Source: Anthoceros angustus (Eukaryota; Plantae; Anthocerotophyta). From it: a stretch of 64,000 nt of DNA. The stretch is taken from positions 620,001-684,000 of the forward strand of contig MU008182.1 in assembly GCA_010909165.1 (NCBI GenBank), read 5' to 3'. Below the pieces are notes generated by a model. The model was not told the DNA's origin and ran no database searches. It saw only the letters and a list, made by a program, of their open reading frames with translations. Positions 47,900 to 60,169 of the stretch are shown piece by piece (position 1 is the first letter of the stretch; the number at the start of each line of letters is the position of its first letter). The position numbers were made by a program, and so were the translations under genes.

Positions 47900-50800
47900 T
47901 GGTTGCGTTTCCTGATGGCCTTCGGACTTCGCCGATACCGGTTGTCCTTTAACAAGCCTAAGGGACACCAAGTGTTGTTGGTCCATCATCAAGTCGGCCA
48001 CCTTGAAAGGGCCGGGTGGTTCTCCCGCGCCACGCTCGCCTTGTCTCCTCCGGCGTTTGGCTCTGTGGTGGTCGGACCACTGGGTCCGGAGTTCTTCTTG
48101 AAGCATCTCGGTCACTTCTCGAACCACATCCGGAATCGCGGCCGTGGGTGAGTCCGCTCCCGGAGACTATGGCTTTTGGGGTTTCTTCTCTGGCTGCCGG
48201 TTTAACTCGCCTCTTTGGCGGGTTCGGCTTCCTTCAGGTGTTCCGTCCTCCGTATCCGTGGACTATCCTCATTTTCTTCCTCTTACACTGCCTCCTTCCT
48301 TCCTTTCGGCGACTCGGGTTGACACTTCCAAGACTCCAGTCCGCCTTCTTCTCCTTGGCGAACTTGCCCGTACCACCTCGTTCGAGCTCCTCGGTGCCTC
48401 CTCCCACTCCGCCCGCCAGCGTCTTCAATTTGTAGCAGGCGCCGCCTTAGGAGGGGGCGTCGGTGGTCTTGGCTCCCTGCGTGAGCGTGCGGGATCGGCG
48501 GTTGGACCGCCTCGGCATGTGCCCCACGCTACAATCTCCACCCGTGCTCAAAGTCTCCGTTACCTTGGGTGGGGTATGGACAGGCTTGGAGTAGTGTCCG
48601 GGTTCCCAGTTCCAACAGACCACCGCCGAGAATGGAGGGGCTCCCATTCGAGGTTGCATCGGAGGTGTATGGATGGACCTCCCGCCGGATACATCGTGGG
48701 ATCGCCCGGTGCTTCTTGCACTTGGTAAGCATCCTCCCACTGCCTCTCCTCATAGTCGACTCCACCGGTTCACGGTCCGAGGGGCAGCCGAGTGCCCATG
48801 TTGGTGACACACCGCACACCATAAATGAGTCGGACCGTGGTGGCCACCTTGCGCCGCTCATCTTCACCGATTGATCGTCAACTCTTCCACCTTTTTATGA
48901 CTCTCTAGATCTTCCCTCAACCCGCTACCTCTTTCAAAGGGTCCACCTCTCGCCGGAGCTAGTGCATCATGACCTCCTTCTTCCACCCCCGTTTCACCAC
49001 GGGCTTCTTCTTGTTTTTTGCGTTCTCCTCCTCCCTGTGGAGCTTCTTCCTGAGTCTCCTCCTCTTGATTGCCTTCCCGGCTCTTGTTCGTGAGTCCACC
49101 CTAAAACAATCGATGACCTCCTCGTCCACCTCCCAAGGCGTCCTCGGTAATCCATCTCCTCCTCGACCACGTGATTTTGGGAAAGGGTAGTCCTCATTCG
49201 TATCCTCGCGTTCATCGCCGTCCCCTTGTCTTGAGGTGTACCCTACTGTGGTCTTGTGGTTTCTCCAGTCGTGTCCTTACTCAGTGTCGCTACCGTCCTT
49301 CCCTCACCTTGGATCCCAGTCCGGCTTGAAGTGTATTTCCTTCCGTCCAGTGTAGTTTTGTGGCGAGGCCCAAGGACCCCAAGGACCTCTCCGAGGTCGG
49401 GTCGATAATGACAAAATCTAATGTATAGGGGCTCCGCTATGGTGGCTTGGACTCGGACAACTCCCTGCACTTGGCGCGTATCGCCATCACGGGGTTTTGG
49501 TGGATGGCTCGAAGGTGGTGAACCCCGGCCGTCTTGCGGTGGCCTCGGTGATGAGGTTCACTCGACCCCGTGTCTAGAGGCACGTTTTAATTACACACCC
49601 GCAATTTCCACACTGCTGGCGCCCGAGTCCGTATGAGATCGACCCTTACCTCCACGTTCTTGCCCTTAGGACCAAGGAGTTCCGGCGTGGTTGCGTTTCC
49701 TGATGGCCTTAGGACTTCACAGCCGATGCCGGGTTGTCCTTTAACAAGCGCCTAAGGGACACCAAGTGTTGTTGGTCCATCATCAAGTCGGCCACCTTGA
49801 AAGGGCGGGTGGTTCTCTCTGCGTCCGCGTTCGCCTTGTCTCCTCCGGCGTTTGGCTCTGTGGTGGTGGACCATACGGGTCTGTCGGAGTTCTTCTTGAA
49901 GCATCTCGGTCACTTCTCGAACCACATCCGGTGGAAGCTGCGGCGTTGCCGTGGGTGAGTCGCTTCTCGGAGACTCCGGTGGGGGGTTTCTTCTCTGGCT
50001 GCCGGTTTAACTTCGTCCTCTTTGGCGGGTTCGGCTTCCTTGGGTGTTCCGTCCTCCGTATCCGTGGGACTATCCCCATTTTCTTCCTCTTACCTGTCTC
50101 GTTCCTTCGCTCCTTGGCGACTCGGGTTGACACTTCCGGTACCTCGGTCCGCCTTCTTCTCCTTGGCGAACTTGCCCGTACCACCTCGTTCGAGCTCCTC
50201 GGTGCCTCCTCCCCCTCCGATTGTCGTCTTCAATTTATACAGGCGCCTTAGGGAGGCGTCGGTGGTCTTGGCTCCCAGGGGGTTGCGTGGCGTCGTCCTC
50301 GGCGAGGATTCGGACCAGTCGCATGTGCCCCGCCTTCAATCTCCACCACGGCGTTCAAAGTCTCCGTTACCTTATGCGGTGGGGTATGGGCAGGCGTTGG
50401 AGTAGTGTCGGGGTTCCACAGTTCCAACGGACCACCGCCCGAATTCTGGAGGTCCTCCCATTCGAGGTTGCATCGGAGGCGTGTATGGATGGACCTCCGG
50501 CGGGATACATCGTCTTGATCAGCGGTCCGGTGCTTCTTGCACTTGGTAAGCATCCTCCCTTTGTTCCTCGGACTCTTCCCGTCGTACTCACGGTTCCGCA
50601 GTGCGGAGGGGCAATTGCCAGTGCCCATGTTGGTGACACCGCACACCATAAATGAGTCGGACCGTGGTGGCCACCGCGCCTCGCGATCTTTCACACGGTT
50701 GATCGTCAACTCTTCCACCTTTTTATGACTCTCTAGATCTTCCCTCAACCCGCTACCTCTTTCAAAGGGGTGGTCGGACCTCTGCGGGCATCATGACCTC

Positions 50801-51600
50801 CTTCTTCCACCGCGTTTCACCACGGGCTTCTTCTTGTTTTGCGGGGGGCTTCCTCCTCCTCCTTCCGAGGGTTCTTCATCTTGATTCCGCCTCTTCCTCT
50901 TCCTCCGTGACCGCCTCTTCCTCCTCCTCCTTCCGAGGGTTCTTCATCTTGATTCCGATTCCGCCTCTTTTTCTTCTTCTTTCCTCCTTGAGGAGTCCTC
51001 CTTCGTTGGTGCATCGATTCTTCATAGTTTTCCGCCGCCGACCGCCTTGCTCACATCTTCTCTGCAACAGACATGCTTAGCCATTGGCTTGGATAAGCCT
51101 GCGAACCAACGCACCGCATGTGGTGTGGTGGGGTGCCGATCCGGAGGGCATAGAACCGCTCGATGTACGATCCCAACTTTCCGTCTTGCCTCTTTGGGTT
51201 CTCAAGTTTGGACAAGATGTAGCCTTCTTGATCGATTCGGAATCTTTCTAAGAAGGCATCCTTCAATGCTCAAGGTTGCGGGGAGCGTGAGTATTTCCTC
51301 GGTACCACCGCAGCCCCTCAGGACCCCTTGGAACAATTGGATTAGTCAGGCATCCGAACCTTCTCCGTTGAAGTTTGCCCGACACAAATCCTCCAACAAA
51401 GGTTTCATCGCTCTCCTTCTTCCTCCAAAGAGAATAGGCTTGTTTGGTCGTTGTTGCCATCATCGGCCGATGAGGAACCGCCTCCACGCCACCGACCGCT
51501 TCCTCCTCTCGATCCGACAACCCACCACTTACTGGGTCTGACCTCCGAGCTCGTCGTCTCTCACGTGCTCGCGCCGAGCGCCGGCCAACGTCCGACTCTC
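47900..51600 (-). pseudogene. gag, frameshifted and partly duplicated, with CCHC zinc knuckle remnants (~48585-48625, ~50385-50430)
   Basis: KDAFLERFRIDQEGYILSKLEN...GSYIERF (gag capsid-like) and CWNCG..GHYSNACP-like knuckle. Confidence 0.75.
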
Positions 51601-51660
51601 TTAGACTCTTCCTTAACTACCTCACGCCCTCCACGCATCCACACGCTACGAACGATTTCA

Positions 51661-51676
51661 TTCCCGAACGGCGCCA
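51661..51676 (-). promoter_or_regulatory. Primer binding site, tRNA-Asp-like
   Basis: Minus strand TGGCGCCGTTCGGGAA lies 3 nt after the 5' LTR. Its first 10 nt match the complement of the plant tRNA-Asp 3' end (TGGCGCCGTTGCCGGGGA). Confidence 0.75.
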
Positions 51677-51679
51677 AAA

Positions 51680-54600
51680 TGTGGCGCGACTTTCCGATGG
51701 CCACCGCGCACAATCCCGTGTCGTTGTAGGAAGAAGTCCGTTCCCAAGGGAATGATAGGCTCCGCTGCCGCTTCGTGTGATTCACCGCACTGCCTGCTCA
51801 CCTCAACGCACACATACGCCTAACTACTCGCAACGTTCACCAGTGCCGGTATGGCCAAGCGTTTAGGACCCGTCATATCTGCATCGCTCACATCGCCACT
51901 CACACTTCCTCTTTCCTCTCTCCACTCACGCTACACTCATCGCCTTAGAAAGACGCGGTTACACCGGACCTCCTCCGCTGCTCCGGCCTCTCCGTCCGGC
52001 TCAGACGCCTCCCGAGTTCCTCCGGCCACACGTTTCCGCTCGGCGGCTGCTCGACGAGCACGGGTCACCGCCACCCTTCCCCGCACACCACAACACGTTA
52101 GGTCCGCTACCAGACCCGATCAATGAGCTCGCCGCCGGTGACTCAGACTCACGTTAGCAAGAAGACACACAAGGTCCGCAAGAACGCATCAACACCAAGA
52201 GAAAGATGATTTATCTGAGCGGCCTTACTCTTATACTACGCCGGTCGGCGCCTTTATTACACCTCTATTCGAAAAGGGCCACTGTGTGCCCTAACCGCCG
52301 CCTACTATCCTCCCTATTCCTATCGCCGTGGTGGTGGGCCGGATGGCCTCATTCCTTCTTGGCACCGGCGGCCCAAAGCCGAGCCCCGCCGATCATGCGC
52401 ACCCAATCGGATGATCCGCGAGGCGGACCCTTCCTCTTCCCGAGGGTCTCCAGCCGCGCCACCGGCGGCTCGACAACGCGGCCACCACCAAGTCTTCCTC
52501 GCCTCCCTCTTCTCTCTCCGGCCTCGCGCGGCCTCCAAGGGCCGGATCTGGGGTGACCGTGGCTCTCCCCACTCCCGAGTTTGGACCTCGGGACTCACGT
52601 TAGCAGAAGACACACAGGCATCAACACCAAGAAAGATGATTTATTGAGCGGCCTTAGCCCTCTTATATACTCGAAGGTCGGCCTTTATTACACCTCTATT
52701 ACGGTGAGGGCCATTTCGGTGTGCCTAACCGCCGCCTACTATCCTCCCTATTCACTATCGTGCGTGTGGTGTGGATATTGATTCCTTCTTGGCAGCCAGA
52801 TTGCGGCGCGCAATCGGATGATCGCGGTAGACCCTTCCTCTTCAGGGGTGCACGTGGCGGTAGCGGCGACATCCACCACCAAGTCTTCCTCGTCCTCCCT
52901 CTTCTCTCTCTGGCGGCCCTGCGTGGGCCCTCAAGGCTGGATCTGCTGGGGTTGGTGATGGTGGCTCTCCCCACTCCCAGTTTGGACCTCGGGACCCTGT
53001 CTCGACTCGGTCCAGGACCTCTAGGTCCGGCCTCCTCCTCCGGGTCCGGCCGCCTGCCTTCCGAGTCCCCCTGGGTCCGGACCTCGGGGTCCGGCCTGAC
53101 CCAACCTTCGGGTCCGGACCTCGGGGTCCGGACGTACCAGAGTCCGGATCCCTAAGTCGGACTTGCCTCGGGGTCCGGACCTCGGGATCGGCCTTTCCTC
53201 GAGTCCGGACAAAGTCCGACCTCAGCTCTGGCATGCCTCCTCACCGGGCTGTCACGGGTTCATCCATCGAGCCTCCCTTGGTTCCCGAATGCCGCACCTT
53301 TCCCTTCCTCCAAGATCCTCCTCTTCCTTCCATGCGAGGGTGCCGAGCTTACCTCGGTGTGGCGACCCTTCCTCCTCCCGCTCCTCCCGCTCTCCCCACG
53401 CTGTTGCCATCAACAGCCCTAGGACTCCTGCTTGTCCCCGGTCCGTCCTCTCGCCTCCTTCCATCCTTCGAAGTCCACCTCCCGCCTAGGGTGGCGCGGG
53501 ACCTCAGAGCCTTGAGGAGCTCAAGGTGGTAGTAGGCGGTCGGAATCGACTTGTCAATCGCCTCCACATGAGCCCGAGCACTGCTCCTCCTTCCATCCTT
53601 CGAAGTCCACCCTCACGCCTGGGGTGGCGCGGGACCTCAGCCTTGAGGAGCTCTGCGTGGTAGTAGGCGGTCGGAATCGACTTGAATCGCCTCCTCTACA
53701 TGAGCCGGGCACGGTACTCCCTCCTCAGGTGCTCAGGCGGTCGCCCGGCTGCGTCTCGTGGCCAAGCTTACGGTGTGGGCGGGCGGACTCTTGAGGCCGC
53801 CAAGGCCGCCTCATACCTCTTGCAACCTTCGCCGCCGGCGCTTCTCCTCCTCCTGTTCCAGCCCGCCAATGGCCATGGAGCCGAGCCCCTTCGCTTCCTC
53901 AACCGGAAGCAACGTAGCCTCTCCTCCAGGCTTTCTTCCTCCGCTCATTCTTTCCTGAGGTCCTCCACTTCCTTCTGGCGGGCGGTATCCCCGTCCGACT
54001 CGGCTTCCTCCACATCCCCGCAACCTTGCGACGCCGAACTCCTCGCCCGCTATTCTCCTCCGTCTTCAAGCGAGGAGGCGTTCTACCTCTCGTCAAGTCT
54101 TGGATTCTCGTTGAGAACCCCCCGCTCCGATGCATCTTGGAGTTGCAACTCCAAGGTGTCCTCCTCCTCCCGCCGCCTCCGCCTCTTCTACCTCCTGCAC
54201 TGCACTCGAGGTCCCCAATCCCGGTGCCGGCCTCCAGGCCTCCTCACGGCTCGACTGCTTGCTCCTTGCTCGGCCTTCGTTGGCTGCGGCCTCCTCCCTC
54301 CACCGGCCCGATCACGCCGATAGTGATCGCGATCGCCTGGCCAGGCCTCCTCCTTGGCCACCTTCACCGAGCCTCCTTGGCTCGTCCGCGCCTCCGCCTC
54401 CGCCTCCGCCTCCGCCTCCTTGGCCCTTCCGCCTCCTTCGCCTCCTCCGCAGAGGTCCTCCGCCGCTTGGGCCTCCTTGGCCACCTTCACTGCTCCTCCA
54501 TGAAGGAATTTAGTCCGGTCCTTGCGGATGGACCAGACCTCCTCTCCGCCTCCGCCTCCTCCTTCCTCAATCCGCCGAGCTTCCCCTCCTTGGCCCTTCC

Positions 54601-56643
54601 GCCTCCTCCCTCCAAGCTCCACCATCCATGCGCCCGGTGGCTTCCACCTCCGGGTCTTCTCGGCCATCCCACATCCCAGAGCATACCGGCCCATGACGGT
54701 AGCGACCGCCGTGTTTCTTCCACGGCCGCCGTGAGGCTCCCACAAAGTCCGTGGAGTGGGCATCTCACGGGTCAAGGACCTCCATACCGCAGTCCGGAGC
54801 AAGTCCGGACTGGGTTCTCCGGACCCAATCAGGACCCTTAGGTCCTGAGTGCTGAGCTGCGGAGCTTCCCCCTCCTTGGCCCTTTTGGCCGCGAGCTCCT
54901 TCTCCGCCTCCTTCGCCTTGAGGGGCTCGGCGGAGGTGATGGAGTCCGGGAGCACGCCCTTTTGCCCCTTCGCGACAGGACCGGCTCGATGCGGCCGCCG
55001 CTGTCCTCCGCCTCGGCGGCCCTTCGCCTCCTCGCTTCCTCCGCTTCGCCACTCACCTGCGCCACCCGCTGGAAGAGGTACCGCACCGACTGGGTGCCGC
55101 TTGCAGTCTCGGCCTTCGCTCTCCGGTCGCGGGCCTCACCGAGTGATGGCCGTGGCGGGCTGGCCGCCTCGCTGGATGCTGCCCGGGTTGGGGCACCAAG
55201 GAGGGAGGCGGGAATTCCCATACTTCCATACTGGTGGTGAGGGGTCCGCCACGTATGGAGTCCGGAATCCTCCCGTCCTCCTCCCGAGTCCGCTTTGGTT
55301 TCACGACCGGCCTCCTCCTCCGCCTCCACTTCCAGGCCTCCCCTTTCCGAGCGCCGCTCAAGCTCTCCTTCCTTGAGGAGTTCAAATGCCCCATACATGG
55401 ATCGGTATGGGGGCCCCTGATGGCTAAGGCTTCTCGCCCGAGCTTGAGCCTCGCTAAACCGGGCGAAGATAATCCTTCCTCCGCCTCCGCCTCTTCCCGG
55501 CAGCTGCAGGTGAATAATAGATTATCACCAAGGTGATCCACCTTGGTGAGTAGGTTCGATGGACAATGATCCGCCACCACCGACTCGACCGCCCAATGTG
55601 TCGGATATCGCCCAACCACAGGTCCGTTGCGGCCCTGTGCCTTAGCATCGCCGGGCCGGCTGGCCTATCTTCCCTTCGCCTTGAGGGGCTCGGCACCACC
55701 CCCTCTTCCTCCTTGGGCGGTTGTAGGCCGCCTCAGACCTCCAAGGTCCATCGCCTTGGTCCTCCCGAGGTTCTTGGACCGCACCTCCTTATTGACCGCC
55801 AAGATCTTCCAAACTCCCGACCAGTGACATCAAATGTCCACTATTTGGAACACATCCAAATGCCACTCCCGCACCAATTCTCCCGCCTCGGAGCTGTGAG
55901 CCCAAAGTCCGGATAGCGCCGGTCACAATGTTGCGCTCCACAAGGTTCCATGGCTCCCAAACTTCCGCTGGCTTTTGGGTGCCACGCCTTCTCCTCCCTT
56001 GCTGTCAGAGCCGCTTGTCGAGACGCCGCACGCCTTTTCGCCGCTGCTCCGACCTCAACGGTGAGCCGCCAAGACGCCCGAGTGTCCCACGAGATACCGC
56101 CAGAGCCGGATCATGAGCGCAAGAGATCGCGAATTGTCTCGAGGTCACAGAAAAATGACCTTCTTCCGCGACCACGCCGGAGTAACTCCGGGCGGGAGGG
56201 CGCCTTCCCCGTCTGTGAATCGCCGAGGTCTCGCATGGCTTACTCGCCCTACGCCGCTGCACGCCTTACGCCGCCACAGACTGCTCTACCCCGCACGCGG
56301 GCGTGAATACCGCTATAACGGCCTGCAAGGTTACGCCCGACCACGATGCCCGCCCTCCACTGTGGTCGCCCACGCGCGCCGCCAGTCCGGCCCTTACGCC
56401 CAACTTCTAAGTTACTCGGCGCATTTATCCCGCCTCGGTCCCGGAGTGGGTCCGGACTTATCCTGCTACCTTGTCGCCCGCCATCGTAGGCCTAGGTACG
56501 CCTCACTCCGAGTCGAGTATACTCCGAGTGCCGTCCGAGTGCTAACTGCGGCTTATTTCCCCTTTTCGCCTCATTTTATCCTTTACTCCTACAAAAACAA
56601 AACCTACCTAATTTCTAACCCCTGTGGAAGTCCGTAGTCCACA
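51680..56643 (-). repeat. 5' LTR (~5.0 kb)
   Basis: Collinear with 37572-42963 including both termini; contains local duplications (~52140-53000). Confidence 0.88.
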
Positions 56644-56699
56644 ATCGGCCACATGAAGCCAGGTCGCCTCACACCCAATAGGGGAAAACCAAGAGCTTG

Positions 56700-58698
56700 A
56701 ATAAAGTATGTCAATCGCCAAGGAGTCGACTGATGCTTTCAAACGCATACATGCAAAGAGATGGATGGCACGACCCACGGTGGATTCCAGCCTTTAGCTA
56801 CTCAAGTGCTGCCGCCTCCAGTTACAGCACTCTGTTGCGCTTTGTACCGTGGTTCTCATGTAATGAGTGTGTCTTCTTGCCATGCGGGCATTGCTTCCAC
56901 GATGCTTGTTTGTTCCAAGCATCGCCTCCGTGTCCTCGCCTCACAGGGGGTGCAACCTTGATGTGCACCCAAGATGGATTAAATCAAGAGGGTGGCCTTT
57001 TATAAGTACCATGCCCAATGACTCATGGCATATAGATGAAGAAGAGGAGCGGAATACATTGAACTTCTCAGGGACTACGAAAGCATGGATGCACGTTTTG
57101 CGGAGGGTTGGGAAACACTCCATTGCCACGACAAAGTGAGAACCGTGAGCAGAAGAACATGCTAGAGTCATTGACTCGCATTGAACCTTGGACCCTTTTT
57201 TTTGTGTCTGCTTATCCTTCTCGTGAGTGTTGCTTGCTTTTATTGTAGGCACATATAGCGAGCTTGCCCCCATCTCTCTGTTACACTTGAAGATACCCAT
57301 GTCAACGCTAGCGCCACCACATGCTCGACTACCTATTCCGATGAGGAACACCACCGTCGCCCCGGATGGAAATGCAAAATATGTTTTACACACACCTTGT
57401 CGTTCAATGGGGAACAATGCTGGTCCATGGATGATGTCGAACTCGGGTGCGGTCACACAATTGTTGGCAAACCCTCGGCGGTGACTATGTGACAGAGCAT
57501 CCCGCCACCACCGTGGTTGAAGATGATGCACCTTATGTGGCAACATGTGTTGTGGCAGCCCCAACTCTAGGAGCAACAAGTGAGAACAACTGGTTGAAGA
57601 ACTGCTCTTCCACGAGTTTGTGCACAATGGTGAGGATCAACATGCAGGATTGCGGGCGGTTAAAGCCTTTCACTCCAACGGAGGGTTTTGTCTTATTGAT
57701 TGTGCGGCAAGAGTGGAGCTTGAAGGGAAGCCCTACGGATGTGGAATTTGACACCTAAAAGTGCGCATTGTGTAGTTGTGAAGGAGAAAAACACGAGGAA
57801 GTACCCATGGCACTCGCCATGAGATGGGAGTTATTCAAGCGGATGTTGCAGCCCCTAGGCCACATGTGGATGCGAGCCTTTGGATCTTGTGAAGTGCCAC
57901 AGCCAGTGGACATGGGGATATGTGTGCGGTGGACACTCGACAAGAAGTGGTCACTTCGTGCACTAATGGCACTTTGCCATGAGCGTACCCGAGGCGGCGT
58001 GGTCGGTTCTCGTGCTCGTGGCACTTTGCCGTGACCGGATGCCACTAAGATCGGCGTGGTCACCCATGCTTCATGCCAAGGTCATTGAGAAGGAGAAGTT
58101 GGTGACAGTGCACCAAGCTCGAGGAGGGAGACCCAAAGCTGGTTATGCCACAGTGTGGGGATCGACAAGGCATAATCCCATGGGTGTGCGGGGAGGCTGG
58201 ACCATTGAAAGGAAGCCACTCTCAAAGCACGCTAAGGGAGGCGTGGAAAAAGAAGGCATGTGGCGTGGAGGATTTGCGGTGCCCTCCGGTGTAGAACATG
58301 ATGCGGCATTTGGATGTGGGGGATAACTTCATGGTTCTTGCACTTCCAAATAACAAGGAGAAAGTTTTGTTCTATGTTCTCAAGTGCGTGTCGACATGGG
58401 AGCCCTTGCAAGAGGACTACACCGATCTATGGGGTTGGACCGTGGAAGCGGAGAATCTGTTGCAAGGGCTTTATATTATGGCGAGAACCAAAAGCATACG
58501 GTCTATATCAAGCGATGGATTAAGGAGCGTGGTGTGCCAACTCTGGTATCGCCTGACATGATAGTTGCCACCAAGTTCGAAATGGTGAAGGTGCAGAAAG
58601 ACAAGCTAGATGATAAGAAAGAGGAGCAATTGTATTGGCTTGGTCCTACACACAGACAGTGGTTGGAGCATCTAACGAAGAACAGGGCAGCAACATGA
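56700..58698 (+). pseudogene. Degenerate TE-associated ORF: Cys/His (RING-like) motifs followed by a C-terminal domain related to that of the neighbouring transposase
   Basis: LPCGHCFHDACL...CPR (~56870-56940), WKCKIC...LGCGH (~57365-57455), VGDNFMVLA...FYVLKC (~58315-58390) and IVATKFEM...LYWL (58560-58640). Confidence 0.5.
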
Positions 58699-60169
58699 AG
58701 AGAAGGCGACAGGGCAAATGTTTCAGTATATGCGTGCAGAGTTTTGGAGGGCACAAGGCGGAGGGCAGACATCGGTATTGTGTGGCTGCTCGATGTAGTT
58801 GAATACGTTTTGGACAATACCGTTGAGAGCTAGCATGCGGCGAGCTCAGAACACTCCATAGCGAGGACTGCGACCAGCGATCCTTTCCATTGAGCATGAT
58901 TGATTAATTGATTAATTAAGGCGAATAATTAAGCCTCGCATTGGTAAAGCTATCTTCATAAGTTCGATCCATCGTGGCGCTTAGATTGATGTGACATGAA
59001 AGCTCGAGTTGATCTTGTCGGGGCATTGCGTGGTACTACGAATATGTGCAATGCGTTGCATTATCATAATGCTTTGAACACACACAAGGGATGGAATCCA
59101 AAGAAGCGGAATCTAAAGCGGACACCATTCCTAACCATCGATCGAAACATGAACTTCTAGATTTGGAGCACAAGATGTCTATTCATTTACAATCGTGAAC
59201 TACTAGACCACGCGATTACAAGACCAAGCTTGTCCGACCCTCACTGGATGAGGATGGCAAGCAAATACACAAATGGCATTGGTCGTGCCTGCCGAGGATT
59301 GGCGGGCGTTGCGCTTGGCCTTCCTCAATCCACCACAACGCCCATGTTTGCGCATGTTGCACGAATCCACTGCGGGAGGAGGTGGGAGGGAGGCGCTCGT
59401 CTCCCTCCCACATCTGATGAGGCGGGCGGGCTCAGCCCCCCTCACATAGGGCGCTAGCAACAATTCCTCTTGCGCATCCGGTGGTATCGTGCTTTACGCT
59501 CGATGCGTTGCAAATAGTTCACCGCCACACTGTACAACTGGGAATGGGGAGCAAGTGCCTCGACCACTGAGGCAGACGCGTCTAGCGCAACCAAGTCGGT
59601 GGCGCCGAGGCGGATGCCTAAGGCATCCACCATCCCTCCAGCCTCAACCACGGATGCCATGGCGCGGGAGAACCTGGAGCCACGCAAAGGACAAGAACAA
59701 GTTGGTGCACAATGCTCGCGTGGCTCAAGGGGAAGACAAGTCTGTCAAATTGAGTTCAAATGACATGATGCACACGAGTGTGCATCAGGCCACTGAAGGT
59801 TGCCACATTGAAGACTTGCTTGATTACACTGTACGCGTGGGTCCATGATTAATCACTACCCACATGTTGGGACATTATGGCCACGATAGGTAGCTCATGG
59901 GGACGCGTGCAAGTATCGATGTATGGGTCACAGGATGCAGACATGGCTACCGTGTTTGGTCATGTTCCACATCACACTAGCTGCCGGTTTCAAGCATATG
60001 CAGCGATATCAATCGAGACATAGGCGAGCGATTCGGAGGAGCGATTACACGACTCATGTGCTCCCGCTGGATTTCAAGCGGTGGATTTATCATATCATCC
60101 TTGGGTCTTTCATTGACAAGTATGCAAGTGACATTCAAGGGCCCATGACGGAAGCATCTTGTACACTTT

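Larger units (their letters stand above)
37572..56643 (-). mobile_element. Degenerate Ty3/gypsy LTR retrotransposon (non-chromovirus, Athila/Tat-like PBS), ~19 kb, gag-PR-RT-RH-INT on the minus strand
   Basis: Two TGT...ACA LTRs with matching termini, a PBS and a PPT, and domain order PR-RT-RH-INT. No chromodomain seen after INT. Confidence 0.92.
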
